Shown here: positions 1-11,379 of the stretch, one piece after another
Layout of the letters: each line of letters starts with the position of its first letter
Numbering within the stretch: position 1 is the first letter of the stretch
Source: Klebsormidium nitens
Lineage: Eukaryota > Plantae > Klebsormidiophyceae
DNA: 64,000 nucleotides
Reading direction: 5' to 3'
Assembly (NCBI GenBank): GCA_000708835.1
Contig: DF237003.1
Location: 169,275 to 233,274, forward strand
Notes under the pieces: model-generated
Told to the model about the DNA's origin: nothing
The model's input: the letters and a program-made list of their open reading frames with translations, nothing else
Database searches by the model: none
Position numbers and translations under genes: made by a program

Positions 1-3000
1 AGCGAAGCTACGCCTCTAGGGCAGAGCGGGCAGCGGACTGGCAAAGAGTAGAGCGTTCAGATTTGTCGAAAATTCGGATGGAAGAAATAGAGATACACGA
101 CAGCGACGGATCCAACAGCACCACAAATTGGGCCAAGCGCCGCGGTTTCTTACTTTTTTGCTCCGGGGCCCCGTCTTCGGTCGGCCTCGTCGCACGCCTG
201 CAACAAAGGAAGGCAGATCTGAGTTCCATTTACCCTCTATATGCCAAGTCTAATCTGCTTCAAAGATTGCTGGGCCTCACGAAAGGATCATCTTCAACGA
301 GGAGCCACGATCACTGACAAGGAGCTGTGAACAACACGATACGACCGCGAGGCAGACGTTTGGGCAACACAGAGGAGGGACGATTGAGAGCACCGCGCGA
401 TGCAGTGAGAAGCAGTAACGTTTACCTCATCGTACGACCGGTAATAGTTCCCCTTGCCGTCCATGAACGGGTAGTTATGATACTTGGTGCGTGAACCTGC
501 ATTGGGAAGATGAAGAAGAAGTAAGATGGATTCGAAGTGGCTCTAAGATCCGAAGACTTACAATCAACTGCGCGTGAATCTCGGAGAGGATTGCGGGGAA
601 GAGGACATATAAGGTGGTTTGCTGCAAATCAGCTCAGACGTCTTGGTATAGAACCTACAGCTAATTATTAGGAGCGACTTACCTGGTGGACAATACTTGA
701 AGCCGTAACCTTCCATGTCCTTGCGCCAACATTCCCGCTCCGTCTCGGTCAATTCTGGAGAAGAGACACATGACGGTAAGCACTCGTGAAGAGCAATTCG
801 ATGCACTCAGAAAGGACAGACTTCTTTCGGCTCCAGCAACGCAACTGAAGCCGTTCTGACGATGAACAAGCATCGAAGACATAGATACGACCAGCTCATA
901 TAAGCACCGTCTCAAAGCAGGACAGAGTAGCTCATGCGCGGTCAAAGTGCTTTCTTCTATGTGGCTCCTGCTTCACAGCCTTTCAACCACAAAGCGACAA
1001 GACCGCAACTCTACGTGACTTCTGCTAATAAGTGCAGACTACAAGCAGTCCTATTGAGAAAAGGGCACTCCATCATTGAGATCCACATTTGCATGTTTCG
1101 AGTAATTTACGTTCACTGATCCCTGTCCCCGCGTCAAGCCCTCAGATGCGCCAGAAAGGGGCGATGGCAACTGAACGAAGCAAGTGCAATTGCGTGCAAA
1201 GTGCTTGACATTAGCGAGTGTGGGGACGAAAATCGCCGTATAGAAAAGGAGTTCAATAACAGATCCTAAAAGGCCATTGCCCGGGGGACGGCTGGGACTG
1301 GCTTGGTGATTAGGATGGGTGCTGGTACGAAGCGATTCGTTATATCTGCTGAGCTTCTAGTCAGATCTGTTGTACCGGGTACTTCCTTTCAAGTAATAGA
1401 TCCTCAAAAGCAGTAAAACTCACGGGATGCCTTTGTGACCAACATGTCGCTGCTGCGTATGCTTCCGATTGTGCGGACGGATTTGTCGCCAGAGTCGTCG
1501 CCAGTGTCCGATCCCTTCGGTTTCGTCGATTCCTTCGGTTTCGTCGGATCCAGGCGGGGAGGAGTGCCGGCCCCACTCTCGAGCTGCCGGATGATGTCGT
1601 CAAGGTCCTGACGATCGGAAGGCCCTCGGAGGCTTAGAATTACGAGTGAACCCTGAGGGTCGACCTCCAAACCGACAGATTCTGTCTACATTTCCCCAAT
1701 TTGTTTTTCATACTAACATACGTTGTCGAACATTTTTTCTCCCTTATCTTTTTCTGATTGATTACATCGCAATGATGGAGGGCTTGCGGGACAAATTACA
1801 GAACGACCGCTCGTAGAGTGCACTCAAGCCGCCCTTCGATTTCAAATCCAGATACCTCTGCAATACGGAAGCTCTAACGTTGAGCAATGTGCAAATGACT
1901 TTTTCGGAAAGGCATGTTGCGGAAAGTGGACAACCGTCGGAGCACAACCGGCGACGTCAGATGTCCTCACCTCAAGCAAGTCCCACTCGTCCTCAGTCTC
2001 CGTCTCTGACGTCTCCCCTTCGTCCGCGCTGACGTCAGCAGCTGACGAACCGGGCGCTGCCACTGCCGTCTCCCCTTCATCCGCGCTGACGTCGGCAGCT
2101 GACGTTTCAGGCCCTCCCAGTGACGTCTCCCCTTCGTCCGCGCTGACGTCGGCAGCTGACGTTTCGGACCCTCCCACTGACGTCTCCCCATCGTCCGCGC
2201 TGACGTCAGCAGCTGCTGTTTCGGGCCATGCCACCGCAGCCAGGTTGTTCCCCACCCCTTCTTCCAGGGGCGCACCGATTGCGCACCCCTCTCCCTCCTC
2301 CCTAGTTGCTCCCGTCTCAGAAGGGCCGTCTCCCTCTACGTCGCCAGCCGAGCTGCTAACGCTTTGCAGACTTTTGCGTCCAGCCTCGTTGTGTTTGGAA
2401 GAGCCGCCCTGCGCACCGCCTGCCGACACGCGTCTCCCGGAAAGGTTTGCGCCAGGCGGTGCGTATTGCTGGGGCGCAGTGTTACTGCCACCCGCTTGGT
2501 CCCCGGCTGAAGGCGAACCGTCCGTCAAGTATTCTTGACCGTCGGATCCACCCCCTGCGCTGTCTCCGCCTGCGGACGAGTTGTCCGGCAGCAAGGGGTC
2601 CGGTGCTGACTCGGAATTGAGGAGCTCGCGAAGGGCATCCACGACTCCCAGCACCCGTAGGCAGAGCGGCCAGCCGATGGCTTGATCGGCTTCGCCCCGC
2701 TGAAGTAGAAGAGTCAACATCTCGTCGACGGCTTTCTCAAGAAAACTCAAGCGAGCGGCTTCTTCGTCTGGGTCCGCCCGTCGATCGAGCAGGATCCTGC
2801 CGAAGTCCCGGCTGTACCAGAGTGGCCCGTTGCCGAGACTGACCTGCAGGGGAACCATCTTTAGCCCAGGGAGATGGGGTTGCTGCCAGGAAGGTCAATC
2901 AACGTCATGGTAACCCGACTTTCCAGCTTAGCTAGCTTTGCCTGAGCAAGGTTGCCACATAGCAGGCGACCTGATGCCAGCCAGAAGAGCGGAAGGGAAG

Positions 3001-5261
3001 GTGCCACGCAATACCGGTAACTCTCGTGTGACCTAACGGGCGTATGACCTAAGATACGAGCTCACCGGGCACCTCAAACTAAAAACCTAACCCAGATAAT
3101 CACCCGCTCCGCACCCCAACCCACCCTAACCACCATACCAACCCCACCCGTCCCCCGGGTGCCTTTCTTAAATCACACGGCTCTTAGCTCACACGACAGA
3201 TATCGGAGTTGGCACGCATCGTGTGGCATCAGGTAAATCAGAGAAAAAGTCTCTTTCGGTGCTTAGATTTCTCTCAGAGCTGGTGGCCAACCTACTTCAG
3301 AACTCATTTTTGGACCAAACACGACGACTGATGGAGATTGGACAATGAATGACAAAAAGAACTCCAACGTTCGCTGCCTCAGTCTTCTGAATCATTTTGA
3401 ACCTTTCGAACGAGTTGCCTTTTCCGTACCTGACAGGCGGTGAGCTCCCACAGGAGGTTTCGAAGCTCAAGCTTGATGGAGTTATCTTCGACCAGGAGGA
3501 ACAAAGAGGCGACAACCTGGACGAGGCCCCCGAGTTGGCGAGTGGCTCCACAGCGGTCACATCTTCCCTCGACCCCCATGTGACGTCCTAGAGACCGTTT
3601 CGTAACGGCCCTGCAATACGGTCTCGGCTCTTCATCCTTCGGAACGGGCCGCCGAATAAGAGCAATATCAGCACATGTACCGGCTCCTGTGTTGTCTGCC
3701 TGTACGCTGATCTCAGCAGGATCTTCGGTGGAGACGGCAGGCTCTTGACCGTGCATGCTTTGGGGACCCGCAAACTGGTCACCGTTCCCAAGGAAAGATT
3801 CGATGCTGTTTTCCTCCAAAGTCGCTGGCGGGAACAGGGTCGCAAATGGTGGAGCACCATCAAAGCACTCATGATCTGCAAGGCAAAAAGGGTGCACAAA
3901 TGCGGAAGCCAGTCGCCTTCAATTTGCTAGACTGAAAGGGAAGACGTGCTAGCCACCATACAGCCAGAGTAAGTGGAGGGGCTCTAAGAGGATCACTCAC
4001 TCAACCACAGAGGACAACAGGAATCGGCCTTTCTAGTGCAGAACTGGAGCAGTCTTTCCAAAAATGGAGCGCGCGGCAATCACTAGCTAATCTGTTGGCG
4101 ATCTGCAACTGAGGGGATGCACAACAGGAGGTGAGGACCTCCTAACAAGTCACTGCTGTCAAGTGAAGGATATTGTGGGTTACATTCCTTACTTGTAGAA
4201 AAGGATGGACGTGAAAAAGAAGACAATGATATGAATGAAAGGGTTTGCAGCCATTAGCGTGTGCTGATCTTCTCTGCAGTCATCCTGCACTCATTTTGCA
4301 TCTGGACAGGGAAACTTCTGGGATAGTTTACCTGTGTAGGCCGTGGTCAAGGGGTAGACTGGGGTCAAGGGGTTTAAGTTGTTGTAGACAAGTCGACGAT
4401 TGATAGTCCTGTCACGGGACATGGACGCCTCTTCTGACTGCTTTTGCAGCAATATTGACTCGCCTACATACACGATGACGAAGGTTATGAAAAGCTGTAT
4501 ACGGCAGAAGTTGAAAGGAGGAAAGTGCTCAAGAAACGTGCTGAACAGAGCCGCAAGCGCTGGACATTAGATAGGAGGTGAGGCTAGAGGCTGAACAGCG
4601 TCGCTCGAAATGCTCGAAATGTTAGTCAATTCAAGTTTCAGCTTGCCAGCAGGTGATTCGATGCTCTCTTTGATGATTCACAGTCCGGAAATGGTTGCCA
4701 GGGCTACTTGATTCCAAGCGCAGGCCTCAACTTGAAGCCTGCTCACCGGGGTACATGGATGGTAACAATAACGAGACGATTCGACGTTATCAAATATGAA
4801 CCTGCTGGAATGGACATGCACGGGAATGCATGTGGTGCTTGAGTACCGAAATATTTCCGGAAAACCTCACCAAACTGTGAATCTCAGAACGAACAAGAAA
4901 GAAAAAATTCTCTAAGCATCAGCTACAACCTGCATAAGATTCGAGATCATCACCTTTTGCAACTTTCGAAATTTTGGACTGGAGCTCCTTCGTAAAGTAT
5001 GACACAAGCTGAACTGTCGGCAACAGCAGAGGCTGCACGCCCGCATGACATGCATCAAAGAAGCCTGCTTACCAGTGACAGGGCCGTGAATGCCTCCGCC
5101 CACACCGCTGACGTTCCAGCCGTTGACGAAGGAATCATGCTTTTGGGATGCTTGCAACGAGCTGCCTGGTACATTTACTGTTGTAGCAAATGGGCTTTCA
5201 GGACTTGAATGGGTCAAGATGGACCCTCCCTCTGAATTATCTGGAAGCTGGTCCAGCGTAC
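1..5261 (-). CDS. Large multi-exon hypothetical protein, 3' end runs off the window; Cys-containing segments and an acidic repeat
   Basis: Phase-consistent GT-AG exons: 3875-3430 (DHECFDG...RCDRCG...WELTACQ) joins 2843-1971 (VSLGNGPLWY...EDEWDLLE); 754-683, 621-562 and ~496-426 join as ELTETERECWRKDMEGYGFKYCPPANHLICPLPRNPLRDSRAVDCSRTKYHNYPFMDGKG. Further candidate exons near 5261-5070, 4790-4735 and 4485-4330. No family recognised; the 5' extent is uncertain and may reach the BED exon. Confidence 0.55.
2005..2216 (-). repeat. 57-bp coding minisatellite, 4 copies (19-aa unit ETSAADVSADEGETSxGGx)
   Basis: Unit anchors at 2008, 2065, 2122 and 2179 (period 57), in frame within exon 2843-1971. 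Confidence 0.9.
3061..3165 (-). other. Intronic G-rich element, copy 1 (homologous to 52921-53022)
   Basis: Near-ungapped match to 52921-53022 with shared core CGCTCCGCACCC..ACCCACCCTAA...ACCCCACCCG. Lies in intron 3429-2844; the G-rich strand is the sense strand. Confidence 0.8.
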
Positions 5262-6799
5262 CTGTGGAGTAAAATGACATAGCTGATGCAAGGGCATTTT
5301 GAAGCCAATCAAGTTCCGAAATTGGTTACAGAAAACAGGCAGATGCCCTCAGATGTTGCTCTGTTCAAAGCTCTCAGAGATAGAGGCTGGTCGACTTAAG
5401 ATAGGAAGTCTTCCAATCCAGCAAGCTCTAACTGCGCTTCACAACTGTTGTAGCCTCAGCTGATACATGTTGATCTAGCGTAATAGAGTAGGTGTTGCTA
5501 GGGTTTGCTTGGCAGCAGATAAGGTTCAAAGCAGGGGAGCTGCATGTGCTTGAGAGCCAAGACTGGAACAAAGTCCAGTCTCCAGGTTCTACAGGGAGTG
5601 CACACTGCGTCCAGAGGACTGCTCCCCACCTTCTCTAAGCTGAATGTTGCTATAATTTCTTCTCAAGAGAAGAAGGAGACAAGCGGTTGCAGACACACAT
5701 GGCAGTGAGCCAAGAAACTCTTGCTGAAGTCTGAAGTCTGAAGTCTGAAGCTTGGCCCCTGAAAATATTCGGCATGTCGGAGTTGCCCTCGTGCAACATC
5801 AACAGTCAGTAGGATACACGTCAAGCGTTGTCAAATTGTCACCTTCTTGGCTTGTCCCTACTGCAGTCCTCTCATTCCAGGGGCGGTCAGATTGGATATT
5901 GGGCTGAGTATATGTTCCTGCAAACACAATTTGAAAGTGAGTGAACATCTGAAAGTTTTCGAAAGAATCTCATTTGTTGGCATAGATGGAAGTTTAAAGC
6001 GTGCACTCAAAAAGCCCCCTTCCAACAGGCCACGAACAGCGGTCAAACTAGCGCCCTCGAAAACAGGACTCTCTTCTCTGCCCTATTCACAAGGGTATCA
6101 GGTACTGATCCATAATAAGGGTCCAGAAAGGAGTTGATGGCGCAAGAGTAGGGCAGTTAGGTAACGGGTGTGCCAAGGGGGTGTATAGCAGAGTCCTTGC
6201 TAGGCCATAAAAGTATGCGTATCAGGACATATAAGGTGGTCTTGATAAGCCACAGAGCTCATCTAGCACTTGGTCCAGAGTCTCAGCACCTTGAAGGTAC
6301 TCTCCCACGGCTCTCCCACTTGTGTCCTGGGTCAGCGACCCAGAACCCTCCCCTACCTCCATTTCATCAGCTGGTTCATGCCCCTGCACAGAAGGTTCAC
6401 ACAAAGGCAGTGCATTATGATTGCTTGATTGCGCAACTACGCTGCGTCTTCAAGCTGAGATTGACCCTACATGAGGATCAGGGATGAGCACAAGAGATAG
6501 GTACACACAGCACCCGCTATTACGCAAGCCTTCGAGGGTGAAACTGTTAACTCTTTGCCAACACGGAAAAGGTGGTGTGCTCATCAAGCTCCTGTAAACC
6601 AATGCTGTGTTGGCTTTGGGCCCTACCCATAGAGATGGGGCCAGGATTGCACAACCAGAAGCAAGCATGTTAACTGCTTGTCAAGATGCCCTCCTACTCA
6701 GAGGCTCAGACCTGCAAATTCATCTTCTATCATGTATCCTGGAGCCACCAGCTCCCAAGTAGTCACCGTACATTGTTTCATTCTGGCGGCACAATTCAG

Positions 6800-7126
6800 C
6801 TATTGTGCTAGTGTGGTGATGCGCTTTTCTTCAAAGCGCACACTTACTTCAGCCAAAAGTGCGCCAAACCGTGCGCCTAGCCAAAGCTCGGTCGCCGTAG
6901 CAGCACACCCTTGAGGCACGGAGAGGAATGTCTCGACCTTTGCCTGCTCCTCCGGAGTAATCGTGTTGCATATGAGGATGCCCTGGTCGGGATCCTTCTT
7001 TAAGTGGGCCTTCATTCGCTGAGCACCCGTAGACTTAGCATTCCAAGAAACCCCACAGAAAATACACATGACATTCGCCCCATCACGGCGGAATAGCCGA
7101 CGTACTGGATCCGCTGGCATCCCCAT
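6800..7126 (-). CDS. BED-type zinc finger (hAT/DUF659-transposase-like N-terminus), probably a first exon
   Basis: DPVRRLFRRDGANVMCIFCGVSWNAKSTGAQRMKAHLKKDPDQGILIC fits the C-x2-C...RxKxHL...C pattern of plant hAT BED fingers. GTAAGT donor after LLAE. No downstream DUF659/DDE core recognised. Confidence 0.7.
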   Translation of the reverse strand: MGMPADPVRRLFRRDGANVMCIFCGVSWNAKSTGAQRMKAHLKKDPDQGILICNTITPEEQAKVETFLSVPQGCAATATELWLGARFGALLAEVSVRFEEKRITTLAQ

Positions 7127-8131
7127 GCTTCAAAACAAAGAAGAAAGGCCCAGATACTATGTTCTCTCAACGCTTGAGGGCTGCTTTCAAGGTTGATGAA
7201 GCTTTTGATCACGGACCACTTTGAGGGATTGAATCTGGGTACTACGTATGTGTAAATATCACTTCCTCGTACTCCCCCAGCCAAATGTCCACCAGACAAA
7301 TCCTCCAGGCTCCAGCTAACCAGTATGGAATGGACACTTGCAATGTAGGTCCGTACCAGTAGGTATATGAAATGCGCCCCAGCGGCCCCATGCACTGCAT
7401 GTGCATTTTCGGAAGTGGCCCCAGGACAGCCAGGCTACAGGACCCCACCGGTGACCCCGAAGGGGGGGGGGGCTTCGCCGAGCTGGCATGGCGACATACT
7501 TTCGCCGGTAGGTGCGTGACCATGTTGGTTACTGTTTCAATCATTGAACGCCGAAAGTTTGCCGAAGTTTTGACTGCAACCGTTGATTTGGTTCCGAGAC
7601 AGGCACGAGCCGTCCGATCTACTCCGACTCAATCCAAGGCGCCGGCGCGGCGAGAAGATGATACACTGAGTCCAGCTGAGCCCCGCGGTCTTCACGATGT
7701 TTTCATGCAACACTGCAATTGCATGCCCAAGCAATTTTGACCGTGCATGAGGCTGCGGCGCGGTGCACTGACTGCAACTGAGCTAGCAACATTGACTTGC
7801 TTGGCATCCGAGGGCTCAACACTCTGCTCGGGACCACGAGTGGTACGACCAGTAATTGCTGTAGTACAATGGCTAGAATGCAGCTTGAATCTATTTTTGA
7901 GTCCAAATGGCAATCTTATAAGTCCTCTGATCTTCCCATTTCTCATCCTCTCATCCTTCAATCCTCTGCCGCGCACACACCAACCCTGAACCAAATCCTA
8001 GAACCAGCACCAGCCCTCTCAGAGGTCCTTTCTGCTGCGCTACCAAAGCCAACATTCTCAGTGCGTCACTGTCTGCTGCCATCAACTTGTCTCAGCCTCG
8101 CTTGCAAACGCAAGTCCATCCAACAACAACG

Positions 8132-9510
8132 ATGGCGCGCACGAGCTTCCACGACCCCTCTTCCAGCGATGCGACCAGTGAGCCCAACCACGCTGAGATG
8201 CTCGACCTCCTAACGCGGAGGATCGAAGCAGTGGAACGTCAGCAGGCTGACGCTTCCGAAGCAGCTACCCCGCCTCCGGCGCCCGCGACCAGGCCTGCCG
8301 CGCGCACTGTGGAAGCAGAAGAGCTGCCGGGAGAGCAGCCTGCTGCTGCGCCGGGGCGCCCGATCACCAACAGGCTGCGGAAGCAACAGGACAAGCTGAA
8401 GGGAAGGGTGAGTGTCCAGGCCATGTCCCCTCTTGCTTTGCTCAATTCAGGATGAGAGAGCCCCTTGGTTTGTGATCATGCATAAGTTGGATGACTAGCG
8501 AAGGCATGCCAGCTGATGTAGAACTCTTCACAGCGCTGTGTCAAACACTGTCAGAGGAGCAGAGTCTGCTTCCAAAAGTGCACCAAATGGGTCTCCTGAG
8601 ATGTAAGTTAGAAAAGCAGCAAGACTACGAAGAGTATCTCCTTCCGTGATCTTCTGCTTCCGAGTATCTGAGGCTCTGTTCTGCTTGTGCATCAACATCA
8701 AGTGCCTGAGAACTCTGCCAGTATGTCAAGAGTCAAAAACGCTGCTCTATCTTCAAGAAGCTTCTCAGAATAGCAGCCCTGTATCTTGTCAGTGATTTGG
8801 AAGGTTGACGTTCTTTGTTGGCCTAGTGGAAGCCTCAGCATTCGACCTCAAGAACGAAGGTCCGTTGCAGCCACAACTGGGAATACGCATATTCGCCCAA
8901 GCCTAACAGTTCTCCCCATTTCTGTAGGGTGGCCACAAGCTCACCGACGCGGCGCAACGCGGCCAGGCCGACGCAGTTCATGCGCTTGTGAAGCATTACG
9001 TCAAGCTGTTCATTGCCTGCCAGGACTCCGTCCCGCAGACTCCTCGCTATGTTAAGGTGAGGATGTGAGCTTATCATCCACGTGTGATTTGTCCCATTTG
9101 AATTTCCCAACGTATTCCATGGTACTGACTGGGTTTGAAAAACGAGACCTGCGCGTGTGCTCCTGGAAGAATGACGCTTGAAGTCTTTTGGACAAGACCT
9201 TTGGATGATGTGAACGGAAAGAAATCCCTGTTTTAGCGTTCACATCGTTGGGAATGAGCCTATTTTTCGTTCTGGTCAGCATCTGTGCACCAGTGCAGAT
9301 AGCCCTGAATTGAATTGAGCGCCTCATTGAAATCATCCCTTTCTTCAGGCAGGTGACCAAATCTTTTGCTAGCTCCTGATATCCAAACAGCTCTTTCTTC
9401 GTGTTCCATCGTAGACCCCCAAGAGTATAGGTCCTTCATACGCGGCTTGCTCCCTTCGTGGTTTCTTCGTCCTGCTGGAATATGCTGTTCGATTGGACAA
9501 GCATCTTTAG
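8132..9510 (+). CDS. Multi-exon hypothetical protein
   Basis: First exon MARTSFHDP...KQQDKLKGR ends at a GTGAGT donor (~8409). Exon GGHKLTDAAQRGQADAVHALVKHYVKLFIACQDSVPQTPRYVK is flanked by TAG and GTGAGG (~8928-9056). Joins not fully resolved. Confidence 0.4.
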
Positions 9511-11379
9511 AATCATCTTCTTTTTTGATTCTTTCCAGTTCTGTTTCAGAAACGCGCGCCCTACCTTACAAATAGTCAGCTCAGCGTCAGTCTGGGCCTT
9601 TCCAGAGACAGTGTCCTTTGCCACGTATTCAAATGGACCGTCTGTATGCCCTTTCGGGGTCCACTTTCTCGAATTGATGTTGCTGAAGGCTTCCTTCGAA
9701 ACCCCACAGCTTTGCCTTTTTAAAAGGAGGGCATCTCTTGTTCTCTTTGTCATTGACTCCCGATCGTCAGTTGGGCGCGCATTGCGACGTGGTTGAATCT
9801 GGCTCGTCCCGTTATGAATCTTGCAGCTTTTAACTAACAAATCCGTTAAGTTACGAGCACGGCGCTCGATACTTGCGGGGCCGTTTTGCTCGCCGTCAAT
9901 CCCATGCAGCCAGACGAGGCCTCTCTCTAGTGCTTAACATGCCTTGCTGTCGCCATCAAAGCGCTCGCTGACTATAAAAAGGTCTTTCTCCTCTTGCTAG
10001 GCCCGCGGCATCACCATGCGGCATGAGCGACCTGTGCAAGAAGACTGGCTTAATTGATCAACGGCTAGAGGTCAACAGAAGTTGGTTTTGACGTTGGGTA
10101 GGAAGCGTAGTCTGTTGTCAGGCGTCCGCGGTGTATAAAACTTGTGGAATTGTGTGGTAGTTCTTGAATAAACGGTTCAGGGTGAGGGCAGCTTGCTCAA
10201 CATCGTGATCGTGATCCTTTGGAACCGTCAATTCTCTTGTTGGTCGTTTTTCGTTTGATCCGTATAGTCGTCACACTCGCATACACGTCATCTCAATGAC
10301 ACGATCATACATTATAGTTCACATGTCCGTTGCAATGAGAATAAATGATTGGGTGATCTGCGCAGATCTGAAAATCGTGCATTCTATAAAAACTGCCAAT
10401 GATTCGTGTATGCCTCATGTAGTTCCGAAGTTCGTCGAAGGCCAACCGCATGAACAGGTATCGGTGCCATACGCCTCGTGCCGCATGACCTTTCATGTTC
10501 ATGTTCTTCCTAAAATGTGCATGATGGCATCAGCGAGTCAGATGACCTTCGAGTCGCATTGCCAACACTGTCAGATCTGCAAAGCTGCTGATGAGATCGT
10601 CTGTGACTCATAGCCGCTGAGCTCGCGAAGGACTGTCGTTTGAATGGATTCCATGCACTGCAATGTGAAAGTTTGGCTCCGGCGACCAGCGTAAATTTGC
10701 GCGGCTGGTGTCTGGTCGCAGAGACGTTACGGATCACAGGGAGCTGCAGTGACTGAAGAATTGCACGCTGCACCAAATGCTTCCGATCTTCGCCTACGTG
10801 AAAAATACTAGGGCTTTACTCTTAAAAAAGATGATCGCCAGAGCTCAGAGCAATCGACAACACCCGGCCCAAGAGCGGGCGCAACCAAGCTCGTTTGTGC
10901 ATATCAGAAACCGGCCCAGATTACATGCATATATCAGATTTACTATGTGTATGAGTTACTCGGAGACCTGCCGTCTGCTTTGCGTGGTCGGAATCATCAG
11001 TGTGTTGCTGACACAAGATACCCTCGGATTGGAGCTCTTCAAGCGGCAGCTGGAAAATACTCAGACGCAAGGATATCGGCCCGTTGCATGAATGGTGTCG
11101 ACTCAGCCTGAAGGAGGCCAGAGACCTAGAACAGAGCCCCATAGACAATTACGGATTGCCCTCACAATTTCTGACACCTGTCCCAGCCTGCGCTCTAACA
11201 GAGGTATTTTTGTTCTGACAAGCTAGTGACATTGAGTTTTCAGTGCTTATCGATTCATTGATCCGCTTCATGGTTCTACGCGCAAAGCTTCAACAGTGAC
11301 GAGGGCCTAACGAGCACTCGTTAGGCGCTAACTAACACCCAATCGTCGCATACGTCAGGATATTCTGGATTACGCTCTG

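Noticed and set aside
4165-4173. ATATCCTT (minus strand) resembling a U12 donor
   Set aside because: No matching AC acceptor or branch site; it lies inside an intron that already splices in phase as GT-AG.
4440-4485. VYVGES resembling a GIY-YIG motif
   Set aside because: The upstream GIY element and downstream Arg/Glu/Asn pattern were not found, and the exon boundary is uncertain.
5724-5750. CTGAAGT x4
   Set aside because: Ordinary intronic micro-repeat.
602-6240. 17-bp identity AGGACATATAAGGTGGT at 602-618 and 6224-6240
   Set aside because: No flanking similarity; a match of this length is not unlikely by chance in 64 kb (rough expectation ~0.1).
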